Shown here in pieces: positions 22,481 to 37,100 of a DNA stretch of 64,000 nucleotides; position 1 is the first letter of the stretch; each line of letters starts with the position of its first letter. Made by a program: the position numbers and the translations under genes. Location of the stretch: the NCBI GenBank assembly GCA_043228905.1, contig JBHGNT010000006.1, positions 17,112,001 through 17,176,000 of the forward strand, given 5' to 3'. The stretch is from Azolla caroliniana. Its lineage: Eukaryota > Plantae > Polypodiophyta. The notes beneath the pieces are model-generated. The model worked only from the letters and a program-made list of their open reading frames with translations, was not told where the DNA came from and searched no databases.

Positions 22481-25332
22481 TGTTAAGAATGAGGTAAGTA
22501 ATTAAGCAAGGATTAATTAGTACCTAATTATGTGATTAGTTGATAAGCAGAAGATTATGTGATATGTGTGTGTATGTGTGTGAGAGGAAGAGAGAGAGAG
22601 AGAGATACACTTATCAACAACACAAGATGGGGGATGAATAACTATATTAAATTAGCATTATCATAATCAAATACAAAAATACCTACAATGAGGTATATAT
22701 CGATCTCATGTGCAAGGGTGCACATGTGTGAGGATAATATAGGTACAAAAGTGTAAGTCCTATATTAAATGTACTTGGGAGTGGAGGATCTAGAATATCC
22801 CACTTAAGTACAAGGTCCTATTTAAGGCATGATAGTCAACACTTCTAACTAGATTCTATCTAGGTAACTACGAAGTTACACGGTTGACTAACTAACTAAA
22901 CTAAGTTGAGCTTGATCTCTCAACACACCCCCTCAAGCTCAAGTACGGGGCATCTGATGTCTACTTTGGCTTTGGATGTTCGGATCTTTGATTCCATGGA
23001 ATCGGCTTCAACTTTGGATGGCCGGTATTGTTTCTTTCGGCGTCGACGTTTTTGTGGCAGTTTCGGTTCCTCCCCCTCAAGCCTGTGATGAAGGCTTGTT
23101 GTCCAAATTTGGTCGACTGCTTTCACCCATCGCGGGCTACAAACTACTTCTGTAAAGCTCTCGGGATCTTGTTCGGCCGCAACCTTCATCGCGACGGCGT
23201 AATGATGAGCCATATACTCGTTGTAGCCAAGCCGAGTGACAGGATTCTTGTCTCTAGAAGAGCGTCAAAGTTTTTCACTCGCCGATGTGAGCGCCTTCTT
23301 TACTACGGTACGGGTGTACACATGATGGGTACACTAAACTCACAGTCTAGTGAAAGGAGCCAATCCATGCGAATCATTGTCGTCGAGGTGGTTGACTTCG
23401 TATTCGGGCATCTTACCTTTGCCTTTGTCCAAGTTCGTACTTGGCGGCGACGTGCTTGGGTCGCGTGGGGGCTCTTGTGGCCCATTAGGCCTTGCCGTAA
23501 TCGAACTTTCTTCGAACATGTGTTCCAAGAGATCTCCATCTTCTACCTCTTGTTCGGCGGATTCCGGGTCGAGCGGAGTCAGAGTCAAAGTTGTCTCTAG
23601 TGCGTACCTGATGCAGACTCGTCGAAGACTACATCTCGACTTACCTGAACCGCTTGGGTAGAAGGGTTGTAGCACTTGTGTGCCTTCTTCTCAGACGAGT
23701 ATCCTAGGAGGATACATTCCTCCAACTTTGCTTTGGGCTTCTCTCATTGTTCGTTTGGGATGCGTTCATTCCCAATGCTTCCGAACACCTTGAAGTGCGA
23801 CAGGATCGGCTTCCTTCCGAAGAGGAGCTCGTAGGGAGTTAGCTCATGGACTCCATTGGTGGTGCATCGATTCATGAGATAGACGGCCGTGGATGCCACT
23901 TCGGACCAATAGAAATTCGGCATGTGCTTCTCATGCATCATGGCACGTGCTACCTCAAGTATTTGCCGATTCTTCCTTTCGGCGACTCCATTTTGTTGGG
24001 AATTCTCTACGAATGCCTTCACTTTGGAGGTAGTAGGTGAATTTGTCAGAGAAGTACCCCTTGCCTGCATCCAATCGTAGGCATCGAATGTGCCGAGCGG
24101 TTTCTTTTTCGACTTGCCCCTTGAGCTTTTGGAAGTGGGAGAACACTTCGCTCTTCTTCTTCATTGGGAAGATCCACGCGTAGCACGAGTAGTTGTTGAT
24201 GAAGGTGACATAGAATCGGCATCCGCCAATCCTCGGCATTTGAGCCGTTCCCCATACATCCCACAGTATGATGTCGAGGAGGCCTTTGCTCGCATGGCTC
24301 TCCTTCGAGAATGGGTGTCGATGTTGTTTCCCAAGTTGACACGCTTCGCATACTCGGTTGACTCGTTTCAACTCGAATGTCGGAAGTCTGATGTCGACTC
24401 CCTTTGTTTGCATCGTTTGAAGCCCTTAGAGGTTTATGTAGCCGATTCTCTTGTGCCACAACTCGATCCTTGTCTCAGTTTTGAGACCTTTGGCATACAT
24501 GGACGATTTCAACTCGTTTGAATCGAGGATGAACAGGTGACCGTCTCTTTGTCCCTTGGCTATGAGTCGGCCATCTTTCCCGATGAAGCATCCTTCGTTG
24601 TTGAAGCAGACATGCATGCCTTGTGTTACGGGCATGACCATTTAATATCCCGTGGTGAGAATTTACTGTAGTATTCTATACACGTGGATAAGTGTGAGGG
24701 TTAAATGAGAGTGTAAAGAAGGGGAGGATTACTTTTAATCCTCGGGATTGAGACAACCCATTAGGTCAAGTGTGAACTTGCCTGGGGGCCTTGGGTATCG
24801 CTATAAATAAGAGGCCTAGCTACCCTCATTTGATCATCTTTTTGAATACATCGAGACTCTACTCTAGTGGTGGGTCAACTCTTGTAGCAAGCGCGCCAGC
24901 ACCAGGTACGACTCGACGGCACGACGGTGGTATGGGATGCCGATTGAGGCTCGAGTCCGTCTCGATCCCTTCGCTCGGGGGTGGTCGGGTGGATCGGCAC
25001 CCTTCTTTCTCTTTCTCCTTTCTATCTATCATTAGTTTGTCCTTACCTTAAGCTTACTTTAGTACCTAGATCTCTAATATTTGGTATCAGAGCTATGTAC
25101 TAATGTTTCTTTGTTTGTCTTTTGCCTTTTGATTGACGGTGATCGATCGATGTGCGGTCGGCCTTGATCTAGACAACGATCAACAAAGAACTTCGGTAAC
25201 TCTTTCCGTATTTTATTTTTTTTGTATTCTCTCTTCTCCCATCTAATCATTTGTTTAGTTTATATGTCATTTTTTTTCATTAAATCAATGATATTGTAGT
25301 GGTCTTTAATTGATTATTTAAAACGTTTACAT

Positions 25333-25595
25333 ATGTGCACGAGGTCAATACCTCGTTTGACATATAAATAATATGTGATGAGTGTCGTATGCGTACGAGG
25401 TTAATACCTCAATTACGTATTACGTTTACAAACATATGTTACGTTTGCGTATGAGTTTAATACCTTGATTTGTTGTAAAGGATATGTGTTTGCTCTCGTA
25501 TGCGTAAGAGGTCAATACCTCAATTGCGTATTACGATGACTTATTTGTGGATGTTTCGTGTGCGTAGAGGTATATACCTCGATTACGTATCTCGA
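25333..25595 (+). repeat. Five ~56-nt degenerate repeats, each centred on a GAGGT-N4-ACCTC hairpin
   Basis: Cores at 25341, 25397, 25453, 25508 and 25567. Confidence 0.85.
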
Positions 25596-26769
25596 TCACA
25601 TCATTTGTGGCTATTTAATATAACGATATGTTTAATATAGGCATATGTGGTCACGTATATATGTATTTGATCGTATAAATGTCATAAGTAAACATATGTG
25701 TATATTCGTTATTACGTGATTATATCGAAAGTTGTCCTTGTCGGGAAAAGGATGTTGGTGGCCGTCCTCACATTTTTGTGAGAATGGCGTTGTCCCCATC
25801 CCTTTTTCAACAATTTTTTATTGTTGACAACCCCGTTGATGACCTCGATTTTGTTATGTAAAGAAACGCCTATAGCCATAATGATGTTGAGTACATAGGG
25901 CTTGACCCACTTCAAGTGAGGTCGCTCCAATGACACACGTATCCAACATCCCTCCCTCGTTACATGGATACGATGCCACCATGAGCTCGTTCTTACGAGA
26001 GGCATTCGTAATGACGTGACCATGTGATGGGCCACGTGGGCCTACTACGAAACGAGGGCTCATTTGGCTTGACCATTAGGTTGCACTTTGCCGTATGCCA
26101 TCGTAATTACGAGACTTGAGGATAGGTAACGTACCAACATAGTTTTGGTAAATGAGGGCGAAATAAGGACCCTTGACATATATGTTCTTTTAAAAAAAAC
26201 ATATATGATCAAATGCCTCGCATATCTCTTATACACATCAAACATTAAACATTCGAGAAGAGCAACTTACTTGGTTGGCTCAAGTGTTTAATGTATTTGT
26301 TCTCGAGGTCTTGAGTTCAAATATGACCAAGACCATACAATATCCTTGATACATATGACTATAACACATGTTTAGACTTAAGGTCTAAGTGCACCTCGGG
26401 GTCCTCGTAATAGGACTTAAAGAGCCGAAACCACATATGTGGGCAAAGAAACATAGTTTATTGTTAACATTTTTTTCGTGTATAAACTACTCATGACGCG
26501 AACATACATGGTTTAGCCTTGGCGAGCTGCCATGAAAAAATCGATATAGAGATCAGGGAAAGACATTAAATTGTCACCCCCATGGTTTTTAAAACACCTT
26601 TGTGTTACCATAGTAACCTGATCTTGAACCTCATATCATACGTCTAGAGGGGTATTGACGTGAGATCATGATATCGATTAATGTTTGCCCATGATATGTT
26701 TACATCACGACATGATGTTATGACTATCTCTCTAACCTTATCCTATTTCTTTTCTAGAAATAATCTTTA

Positions 26770-29700
26770 ATGGCTCAAATTAACGACCCGATGTCATCCG
26801 CTCAAGCGGAAGAAACTCAAGGGAATCCTCCTGAACAAATGTCCACTGAGATGTATTTGGCACAAATAAGCCAATACCTTAGTTTCACAGCTCAACAAAT
26901 GACCGAACTTCGGCAATCTCAGAGTGCTCTTGAGGCACGTGTCATTAGTCTACAACGTGAGACTAATAGACCTGATGAGCGACAAGGTGAACCATCATTT
27001 GTCGTTAAGCCATTTACGGGAGACAAAAAGGAAAGAACCGAAGAAGCAATCTGCACATGGCTAGGACGATGGGAGTCTCATTTTGAGCTCTATGCCACGC
27101 CAGATAGTACGAAGATTGCATATGTCGGCCGAGAACTCGGGGGTAAGGCCGCCGCCTAGTGGCGTGGGCTCCATACTATGGGGAAATTGCCCGATACCTG
27201 GACAGATTTTGTCACGGTTTTTAAGGGCCAATTTCTGCAACCTCCCTCTTGAACCGAGGCATGACAAGCTTTAATGAACCTCTCTAGCAGGAAATTTTCC
27301 TCGCTAGAAGACTATGTTCACCATGCTAGAACCCAAATCCAAAAATCGGGTCTAGAAGGGGACAATTGGTTGATAGCTTGTTTTTGTCAATGGCATCCCC
27401 AATTCGGACGATCACTGGATCCAAAATCCTTCGAAGAGGCCGTTGAAATAGTTCTTCGCTATCAACGCACTTCGAAGAAGGACCACAACAAACCCAATGA
27501 AGCGCCAGGGACTAAGCGGTCGCAATTTGTTGGGAAACCCAAGACACCCAACGAATTCCTAGATCACAATTGTAAGCGACAACATCCTTTTTGCGTATTC
27601 TGCAAAAAGAAGGGTCACACAAAAGAGCAATGTCGAAAGCTCCAACGGAAAGAGCACGACAACAAAGCTAAAGCTGCAGACCATAAAGGTGAGATTCCTA
27701 ATGTCCTTCAGGTCTATACACATCATTTAAGTAATTGTCAATGTTCTTTCCCTCACTATGTATTGGGTCCCAATGATTTACTACGTGCAAACGGGTATAT
27801 CAATGGATCTCCCATACAATTTTTATTTGATTTGGAAAGCTCACACAATTTTGTGAATTATCGTTTGGTTCAAATATGGGGAATCCAACCCATCGTAAGT
27901 GATCACACCTACACGGTGCACTTGGTTGATGGAAGAGTAGAATACATCAACGGGGCGATTCATTCATTAGGAATTTCTATTGATACTTATATAGAGGAAG
28001 TAGACTTCCATGTAATGAATCTTTGTACCACCGATGTAATACTGGGTTATCCCTGGTTTTATAATAAAAACTCTTCTTTATCTATTGATTGGGTTCATCA
28101 TTCAATTACATTTGTACTGAACGATTGTACTCATTTTATTCAATGTGTAAAAAAACAATCCCTCTCGATTCTTTCCTCGTGTCCATCAATATCCGAGTTG
28201 TCTTGTTCTACTCTATTTTATTGTGTACTTGATCCGGACATTCACGTTTATAATATCGATAATGTCTCGGTTCAATTAACATATTTTGAACAACAACAAC
28301 TTGATGAAATCTTAAATGATTTTCGTGATGTTTTTTTCCGAGTGAACTACCAGATGGCTTACCTCCTAAACGTAATGTAGACCATCGTATAGATATTGTA
28401 CCTGGTGTTGCACCAATAAGTATACCTCCTTATCGCTTAAGTCGATCCGAAGAGGATGAGGTATCTAAGCAACTCAAGGACTATTTACGAATGGGTTATA
28501 TACGTTATAGTAAATCTCCATGGGGTGCACCAGTTCTCTTGGTTAAAAAGAAAGAGGGCACATGGCATATGTGTATTAATTACCGACGCCTGAATAAAGT
28601 GACGATCAAGAATTCGTATCCATTGCCCCAGGCTGATGATCTAATTGACCGTCTCCGAGGAGCTCGGTATTTTACGAAACTTGATCTCCGTACTGGCTAC
28701 CATCAAATACGAATAAGTGAGGATGATGTTCCTAAAACGGCATTTCGTACGCGCTATGGCCATTACGAGTTTTTGGTTATGCCTTTTGGTTTGACCAATG
28801 CTCCGGCTACTTTTCAACAAGAAATGAATGACATTTTCCGAGAACAACTTGGAAAATTTGTCGTTATTTTCTTGGATGATATTTTAGTTTATAGCCGTAC
28901 ATTAAAAGAACATGCTAGACATGTCTGCTTTGTTTTACAAACATTGTGTGACAAATAGTTTTATGCGAAGATCTCAAAATGTGAGTTCTTCAAGAAATCA
29001 ATTACTTATCTAGGACATCTCATAACCGTTCGAGGAGTTGAAATTGATCCTTCTCGCATTAAGAAAATCAAGCTTTGGCCCACTCTACGGAATATTCGAG
29101 AAGTTCGATCATTCCTTGGTTTTGTCGGGTTTTTGCAAAAGTCTCTTCGTAATTACTCCCAATTGACGACGCCGTTTACTGATATTTTAAAAGGTCAAAC
29201 GTGTAAGTCTACAAAATCTATTGTGTGGAATGCTACACTAGACCACGCCTTTAAGGAACTCAAGGACTTGGTTTGCAAGGCTCCTTCACTTCTTTTACCT
29301 AATCCTTCAAAACCTTTTGAGGTTGAAACCGATGCAAGCGATTATGCTATAGGTGTTGTCTTGTATCAAGATGGTAAACCAATAGCATTCGAGAGTAAGA
29401 AACTTGATTCTGCTCAATGTCGGTATACCGTTCAAGAAAAGGAATTATTTGCAGTTATACATGCGCTCAAAACATGGCGCCATTATCTTTATGGAAATCG
29501 CTTTGTGGTAACTACGGATCACGAGTCCTTGAAATATTTTTGTGACCAACAAGACTTGAAAGGTCGTAAGGCACGATGCGCTGATCTCATCCAGGACTTT
29601 GATTTTTCCATACGATATCGTAAAGATTCCATGAACATTGTCGCTGATGCACTAAGTCGCATCCGTGAAGTTAGCATGCTTAGCTTCACTGAAATAACAT

Positions 29701-31245
29701 CAGATCTTTATGATCACCTTCGAGGAAAGTATCCTGATGATAGTTATTTTGCAAAATACTGGGCAAGAGTTGAGTCTGGTACAGACTCCACCACATCCTC
29801 AAAGGAATACTTCCACATTGCTAACGGTTTGCTCTACCGTAATGGGAAGGTTTGTGTTCCAGATTTACCCGAGGTCAAAAAGAGGATTCTTTTTGAATGC
29901 CATGATGCACCCTGGAATACATCGTACACTCGTTCTCATCTCCACTCAATTTTATTGGCCTAAGGTGCGTCCTGACATACATAGCTATGTGACTAAATGT
30001 CACCAATGTCAGGTTAACAAAGTCGAGCGACTTAAAGCTACAGGACTTTTACATCCCTTGGACATTCCCAATAATAAGTGGGAAAGTAGATCCATGGATT
30101 TTATTGTTAGCCTTCCTCGCACCCAAAAAGGTCATGATGCCATCTGGGTTGTCGTTGATCGACTAACTAAAATGGCCAAATTTATTGCTACTAAAACCAC
30201 GGTAATAGCTCCTGAATTGGCTTACCGATTCGTTGACGAATTATTTCGTTTTTATGGGTTACCTGTCGTTGATCGACTAACTAAAATGGCCAAATTTATT
30301 GCTACTAAAACCACGGTAACAGCTCCTGAATTGGCTTACCAATTCGTTGACGAATTATTTCGTTTTTATGGGTTACCGATGGATATCGTGAGTGATCGAG
30401 ATCCAAAGTTTACTAGTGACTTCTGGACGCAAGTCTTTAAGAAGTTAGAAACTACGTTGAGCATGAGCTCCACGGATCATCCTCAATCTGATGGACAGAT
30501 AGAACAAGTAAATCAAATTATTGAGGACATGCTTCAAGCATACGTTGGTGCAAAACCAACAAAATGGGAACGTTATCTCCCAATTTTGGAGTTTGCTTAT
30601 AACAGCTCAAAGCATATGTCGATGGGATATAGTCCTTTTATGTTGATGTATGGTTTTCAGCCACGAGCCCCGATTGATGTTACTATACATCATGATGAGT
30701 TGCGAAGTACGCAAAACTTTATTCGGGATATGCAAGATATGTTGCATATTGCACGAGATAATATAAAAATAGCTCAAGATAGAGCGCGTTTTTATGCCGA
30801 CCATCATAGGCAACCTCGTGTATTCAACCCTGGACAGAAGGTATTTTTACGTGTACCTCACAATTCTAAGACATTGTCTACGGGTAAGTGCGCTAAGTTA
30901 ACCCCATGGTTTTGTGGACCTTTTACAGTTCTCAAATGCATTGGGTCATCAGCCTATCGTCTCGCTCTTCCCGATGGTGTTGGAATTCATCCAGTCTTTC
31001 ATGTGAGTCATCTAAAAGAACTTCTAGGTTCTGGCAACAATACAGTTACAACTGAAACTCTGGTTACTTCTAAACCACATGTACCAGAAAGAATTCTCGA
31101 TGTTAAAACAAAAAAATTACGTACTAAAGAAATCTGAGAATTTAAAATAAAATGGATGGATAAATCAATAAAAGATGCCACATGGAAACGTGAAAATACT
31201 CTCAGAACTAGCTTCCCTAACTTTCCATTGCAAGAGTGCAATGTT
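26770..31245 (+). pseudogene. Element J gag-pol with a group-II-like chromodomain
   Basis: [49 protein letters not shown]. Several stops and frameshifts. Confidence 0.92.
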
Positions 31246-33597
31246 TTAAAGAGGGGGAGTATGTTACGGGCATGACCATTTAATATCCCGTGGTGAGAAT
31301 TTACCGTAGTATTCTATACACGTGGATAAGTGTGAGGGTTAAACGAGAGTGTCAAGAAGGGGAGGATTACTTTTAATCCTCAGGATTGAGACAACCCATT
31401 AGGTCAAGTGTGAACTTGCCTGGGGGCCTTGGGTATCACTATAAATAAGAGCTCTAGCTACCCTCATTTGATCATCTTTTTTACTACATTGAGACTCTGC
31501 TCTTGTGGTGGGTCAACTCTTGTAGCGAGCGTGCCAGCACCAGGTACGACTCGACGCCACGGCGGTGGTATGGGACGCCGATTGAGGCTCAAGTCCGTCT
31601 CGATCCCTTCGCTCGGGGGTGGTCAGGTGGATCGACACCCTTCTTTCTCTTTCTCCTTTCTATCTATCATTAGTTTGTCCTTATCTTAAGCTTACTTTAG
31701 TACCTAGATCTCTAATACCTTGCTCCACGATTTGGCCGACGGAGATCAAATTCTTTGTTATTGTGGGCACATGCAAGACATTCTTGATGCAAGTTTGCTC
31801 GTCTTCTTTCCCAAATGGGACATTGCCGATGTGCCGAATGGGGTGCGTGGTGTCGTCTCCCATCTCTGTGAAGCTGGGTCGATCTGTAGTTCATAAATCA
31901 CGAAACCACTCTTCGTGAGATGTCATGTGATGTGAGGCGCTGGAATCGACGAACCACACGTCTTCTGAGTTGGAGGTGCTTGCGGAGTTGGAGGTCATCA
32001 TAGAGTTCGCTTTATGCCTCATACGAACATTCCACCATGGTCGCTGTAGTCGGAATTTGATGCGTGATTCATGAACATTCCACTACGATTTTCATAGTCG
32101 GAGTTCGATGCGTAGTTTGTGAGTTGTCAACTTGTTGAAGCCGACTCACTTCTCTTTTTCCAACACTCCACCTTGTAGTGGCCGACTTTGCTGCAATAAT
32201 TGCAAGTTGCGGGCCTTGTTTGCCAACCATGTTTGGTGTGGAAGCTCCCCCTTCTTCCGAAGGTTCCTCAATGGCTTCTGTGAAGGTTTGAGTTATCTTC
32301 GTGTGATGGGTCGAATTGAACTCTTCTACCGCCGTGACCTCCTCCTCGGCCACCGTCCGAATTCAAAAAAAACATTTGTCCTTCCGACATCTTGCTTTTG
32401 GTTCAGAATTGGTTCTCTTCGACTAATAGCATTGATGGGAGGTCGAAGAATGAAGGAGGGTTTTCTCTCACCAAGATTGCCGTCCGTAATGGATCGAATC
32501 GTTGTGCGAGATCGCCCAAGCATACTTGAACCATCTCGTCTTTGTCGACGTTTATTTTGAAGGAGCCAAGAGAGTCGCAAATTCTCTTGATCTTGGCGGT
32601 GTGGGTCGACACGGACATGTCTTTTCGCCGAATGTTGTTCAACTCTCGTCAGAGTTGAAGCTTTCGGGCGGTCGTGTTGGCGGCGAACATTTTCTTTAAG
32701 TTCGCCCATGCTTCTTTAGGCCTCTTGGCGTTTCGAATGTGGCTAAGTATGTCGTCGTGGACAGATGTTGCCAAGAAATACATGACTCGACTCGCCGCAT
32801 GCTCCCATGTTGCGTAGTCGGCATTCTTTAAGTCGGGTCGATTTTCTTGAGCGTCGTTGATGTAGCTCCAATACCCTTGGCTGACGAGGTATTGGGTCAT
32901 CTTGTACTCTGAAGATGAATAATTGCTCCATTCTAGCTTTCACTAAGGATCGAGCGACCCATTTGTGTTTTCATGTTGATTGTAGTGTCTTCTCTTCTTT
33001 TGCTTTCCTTCCGTCGATCATGTACACGTGCTACGTAGCGGCACTACGGTAGCCGATAGCCGGATTTTGTCGTCGGCGTTTCGAACACACAATCATGGAG
33101 TCGGGTGGGCTTAGTGGATTTTCTAAACCACATGCTCTTATACCATTTTAAGAATTAGGTAAGTAATTAAGCAATGATTAATTAGTACGTAATTATGTAA
33201 TTAGTTGATAAGTGGAAGATTATGTGATATGTGTGTATGTCTGTGAGAGGAAGAGAGAGAGAGAGAGAGAGAGACTTATGAATAACACAAGATGGGGGAT
33301 GAGTAACTATATTAAATTAGCATTATCATCACCAAATACAAAAATACCTACAATGAGGTATATATAGATCTCATGTGCAAGGGTGCACATGTGTAAGGAT
33401 AATATAGGTACAAAAGTGTAAGTCCTATATTAGATGTACTTGGGAGTGGAGGATCTAGAATATCCGACTTAAGTACAAGGTCCTATTTAAGGCGTTATAG
33501 TCAACACTTCTAACTAGATTCTTGATCTAAGTAAGTATGAAGTTACATGGTTGACTAACTAACTAAACTAAGTTGAGCTCGATCTCTCAACACTTTC

Positions 33598-34148
33598 CGA
33601 TCCGGGCCTTTCCGGTCCGAACTCTTCTTCGAATCGGTGGTGTCGGTTTCTTTCTCTTTCGGAAAATGCCGACAATTCTTCAGGAATATCCTCTCCCTTG
33701 ACTTCGACCTCGTCCCCGACTTGTCCCGGTTTTGGGGACTCCAATACTAGCCTCTTCCCCGATTGAGACCATCTTCCGTGACCAGGGCCTTTGGATCGAT
33801 TCTAGACTCCCGGTCCTTCTGGCAAGGTTCCTCATCTACAAAGCTTGATTTCACACTTGCTAGGGACAACTGCTTTCCTCCGGCCCGGTGTTGCCCAACA
33901 TGACAACCAATGTCTCCCAGCTCTCCGGGAGGGAACCGACCAGGAGCAATGCGAGTACCTCATCGGCAAGAGCTACTTCCATTGAGGTTGCCTAGTGGAT
34001 CAGTCCCTGGACGGGAATCATATGCTCTGCCATACTGAAGTCGTCCTGGTACCGGAGCCTCACTAGCTTCCGAAATACCGAAACCCGATTAACAACATTC
34101 TTGTTCTGGAACATGATGCTGATCTTCTCCCAAAGTTCATGAGCCTTG
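33598..34148 (-). pseudogene. A2 gag, middle part
   Basis: MFQNKNVVNRVSVFRKLVRL, homologous to 40107-40560. Confidence 0.85.
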
Positions 34149-37100
34149 TGTTGGCATAAAAGGCCGATTCCTTCCACTTTGTATCCGTCCTAGTGTGAAC
34201 ACGTTGACAAGTTAGGGCTTAGTATATAAACGAATACCTAACATTGTAATGGATGACGAGTGTAATTGTGAGAGAAAAGAAAAGAAAAATGCTCTGTGTA
34301 GAAACAAGAAGCTTTCCATTAAAGCTCGTATCTGTGTAAGTCTAAATCTTCCCTTTCTACTTTCTGTTTACGTTGTTTGTTATTCATAGTCGAACGATCC
34401 GAACAAACACTTCTACATAAACACCAACACTCTCAACAAGTGGTATCAGAGCAAGGTTCTGCTATGCGGCGGCAACAGACAACAGAAGAAAAGCTAAAAG
34501 AAAAGACCATGTCAAAAATCTCAAATCTACAAATAGAATATGGCTTCAACATCTGGAACAAGAATTGAAAGCAGAAAGTTCGACGGCAAAAACTTTGCCC
34601 TGTGGAAAGAGATGATGCAAGATGTGCTAATCATCCGAAGGGAAGTCGAAGCCATTTGACACAACAAGAAGCCTGCTTTGATGACAACAGAAAAGTGGAG
34701 ATCATTGGACGAAATAGCTCGCTCCACCATCTGAATGCATCTGGCTGAAAACGTCTATTTCAACATGGCAAGAGAGACGACATCGTTCTCATTGTGGGAG
34801 AAATTACAGGCCATATATGAGAAGAAGTCCTCATCTTCAAAACTGATATTGATCAACAATTGTTCAACATGAAGATGAAAGAGACTGATCTAGCAACATC
34901 CCACATCAACATCTTCAGTCGGGTTATGTCAGAGCTCTCGTCACAAGGGATCAACATCGAAGAAGAAGTGAAAGCCCTTGCCCTCCTATCGAGGTTTCCG
35001 ATGAGTTGGGAGGTATTATGTACGACTTACGCCAATAGCCGACCGATCCTAAATCTAGACGAAACAACCGGCCAAGTCCTCACAGAGGAAATCAGGCGAA
35101 AATCGATGCGACTCACCATGGATGAGTCGGTAGAAGCTCATCACTTGACCGAGTCGTTCGGTCGACAAAGTCAAACGAAAGAACAAGATGACAGAAGCGG
35201 TTGTCGCTACAGTCGATCGAAAACAAGGGGTGACCGACAACGGTCAAAGTTGAGAACGGGCCGAACAAGTGAGTACTGCACACACTGCAGGAAAGTTGGC
35301 CACAATGTTTCCGACTATTGGTCAATAAAAGGAAAAGAGAGTGGTCGGCGATCCGAGCGGAATCGGGGACGTTCCGACTCGGACCACTCTCCAGTCGGCA
35401 ACCAGAGCAATGTTGCCGACACCCGATCCGAAGAAATCCTCTCCCTAGAGGATTCGATGATCAGAGAAATCCTCTACAGTGCACAAGTTGCACACACATG
35501 GCTACTAGACTTTGGTGCCACATTTCACGTGACCCCCAACGTTGAATGGTTCTCGAAGTATTCAGCCGACGCCAGCGGCAGTGTCTGACTGGGAAACGGG
35601 CAGGACTGCAAGATAGCTGGAATTGGGGAGGTTCCCATCATATTGCCAAATGGCAACACAATAACCCTACACTGAGTTCGACACGTACCCGATCTAAAGA
35701 GGAGTCTGGTCTCCATCGGCATGTTAGCCGAAGACGGGTATCAAATGACTCTACACGAGTCGACATGGGTGATCAACCTTGAGGGGGCCATGAATGTAGC
35801 CGAGAAAACCGACCCAAACTTATGGCATGGCCGACTTGCCACATGTCTCAAGCCGGACTTGATTGGCTGATGTCGGTCGACTACATCCCAAAACTCCAGA
35901 CAAAGACGGACTTCTGCGAGTACTGTTGATATGGAAAATAGACCCGAATTCCGCACTCTCTCCACTATAAGATGGTACGACAACCCCTAGAGCTTGTGCA
36001 CACAGACATATGTGCGCCCATGCCAGAGCGATCACGAGGAGGCTCCCAGTACTTCATCACATTCATAGATGACTATACACGGAAAGTTTGGGCATACTCC
36101 ATCAAGTCCAAAGATGAAGCGCTTGAGGTCTTCACTCGATGGATATTTGAAGTGGAAAACCGGTCGGGACACAGAGTGAAGACACTCTAATCCAACAATG
36201 GAGGTGAGTAAACCTCCAGAGCCTTCAAATAGTACCTGTCCGAAAAAGGGATCCAGCATCAAAAGACCGTTCCTTACACACCCATGCAGGATGGGGTGGC
36301 TGAACGGATCAACCGAACGATCCAAGGGAGGGCGACGACAATGCTCCAGTAGGCCGGACTAAAGCTAGAATTCTGGGCCGAGGCATTGCAGACAGTAGTG
36401 TACCTAATAAATCTAGCGCCGTCAAGAGCAATTAGGCTCGAAGTGCCAAGGGCACTATGGTCAGGCAAACAACCGACCTACAATAGGCTTCGTATATTCG
36501 GATGCGAAGCCTACGTGTTCATCCCTAGGGACAAAAGGACAAAGTTGGCACCCCATGCAACGAAGTGCATATTTCTCGGTTATGGAACCGATGGGGACTT
36601 TGGCTACCGACTATGGGACCCTGAGAACCGGAAATTGATCCAGAGCAGCGACGTGGTCTTCAATGAAGACTCTATCTTCTCTTAGAGGAACCAACAGAAA
36701 ATAGTGGGCAAGAAGGTATTTTTCGAATATGAAAGCATTGACGTAGAAGGACCGACCCACCAGGCCGACTCAGAGAGTCAACAGACAATCGAACTCCAAC
36801 CAGCTAATTATCTTTCTGCTAACACCGAATCGGCAACAAGTCCCAACATCGAATTCAAAGACAAAGTCATCAAAGACAAAGCCGCGTCGACAATGATCGA
36901 CAAAGGCAGATTCACCAAGAGACAAGTAAGAAAAGAGTCGACGATACCCATAGGGGAGAACACCTAGACCGCCCAAATCCCAAACCGGGGGCGGAACACC
37001 TAGCAAGAGTCCTGACATAGATGGTTCATCAAATTCCAATCATCAAACACAACCGATCAAAGGATCTGAGCCAAACATTTCGACACTCAGGAGATCTAGA

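Larger units (their letters stand above)
24624..31717 (+). mobile_element. Ty3/Gypsy chromovirus J with a long 5' UTR
   Basis: 456-bp LTRs 24624-25079 and 31262-31717, TSD CCTTG/CCTTG, Met PBS TGGTATCAGAGC 25082-25093, PPT AAAGAGGGGGAG. Confidence 0.95.
22481..33592 (-). mobile_element. Copia E, RT/RNase H deleted, interrupted by J
   Basis: LTRs 22481-22925 and 33146-33592, TSD ATTTC/CTTTC, PBS TGGTATAAGAGC, PPT GAGGGGGTG. gag at about 31960-32950 and integrase at 23650-24620; RT is missing after about 23110. Confidence 0.88.

Noticed and set aside
25333-25595. CRISPR-like repeat/spacer array
   Set aside because: The repeats are degenerate, the linkers resemble each other, there are no cas genes, and it lies inside a eukaryotic retrotransposon UTR.
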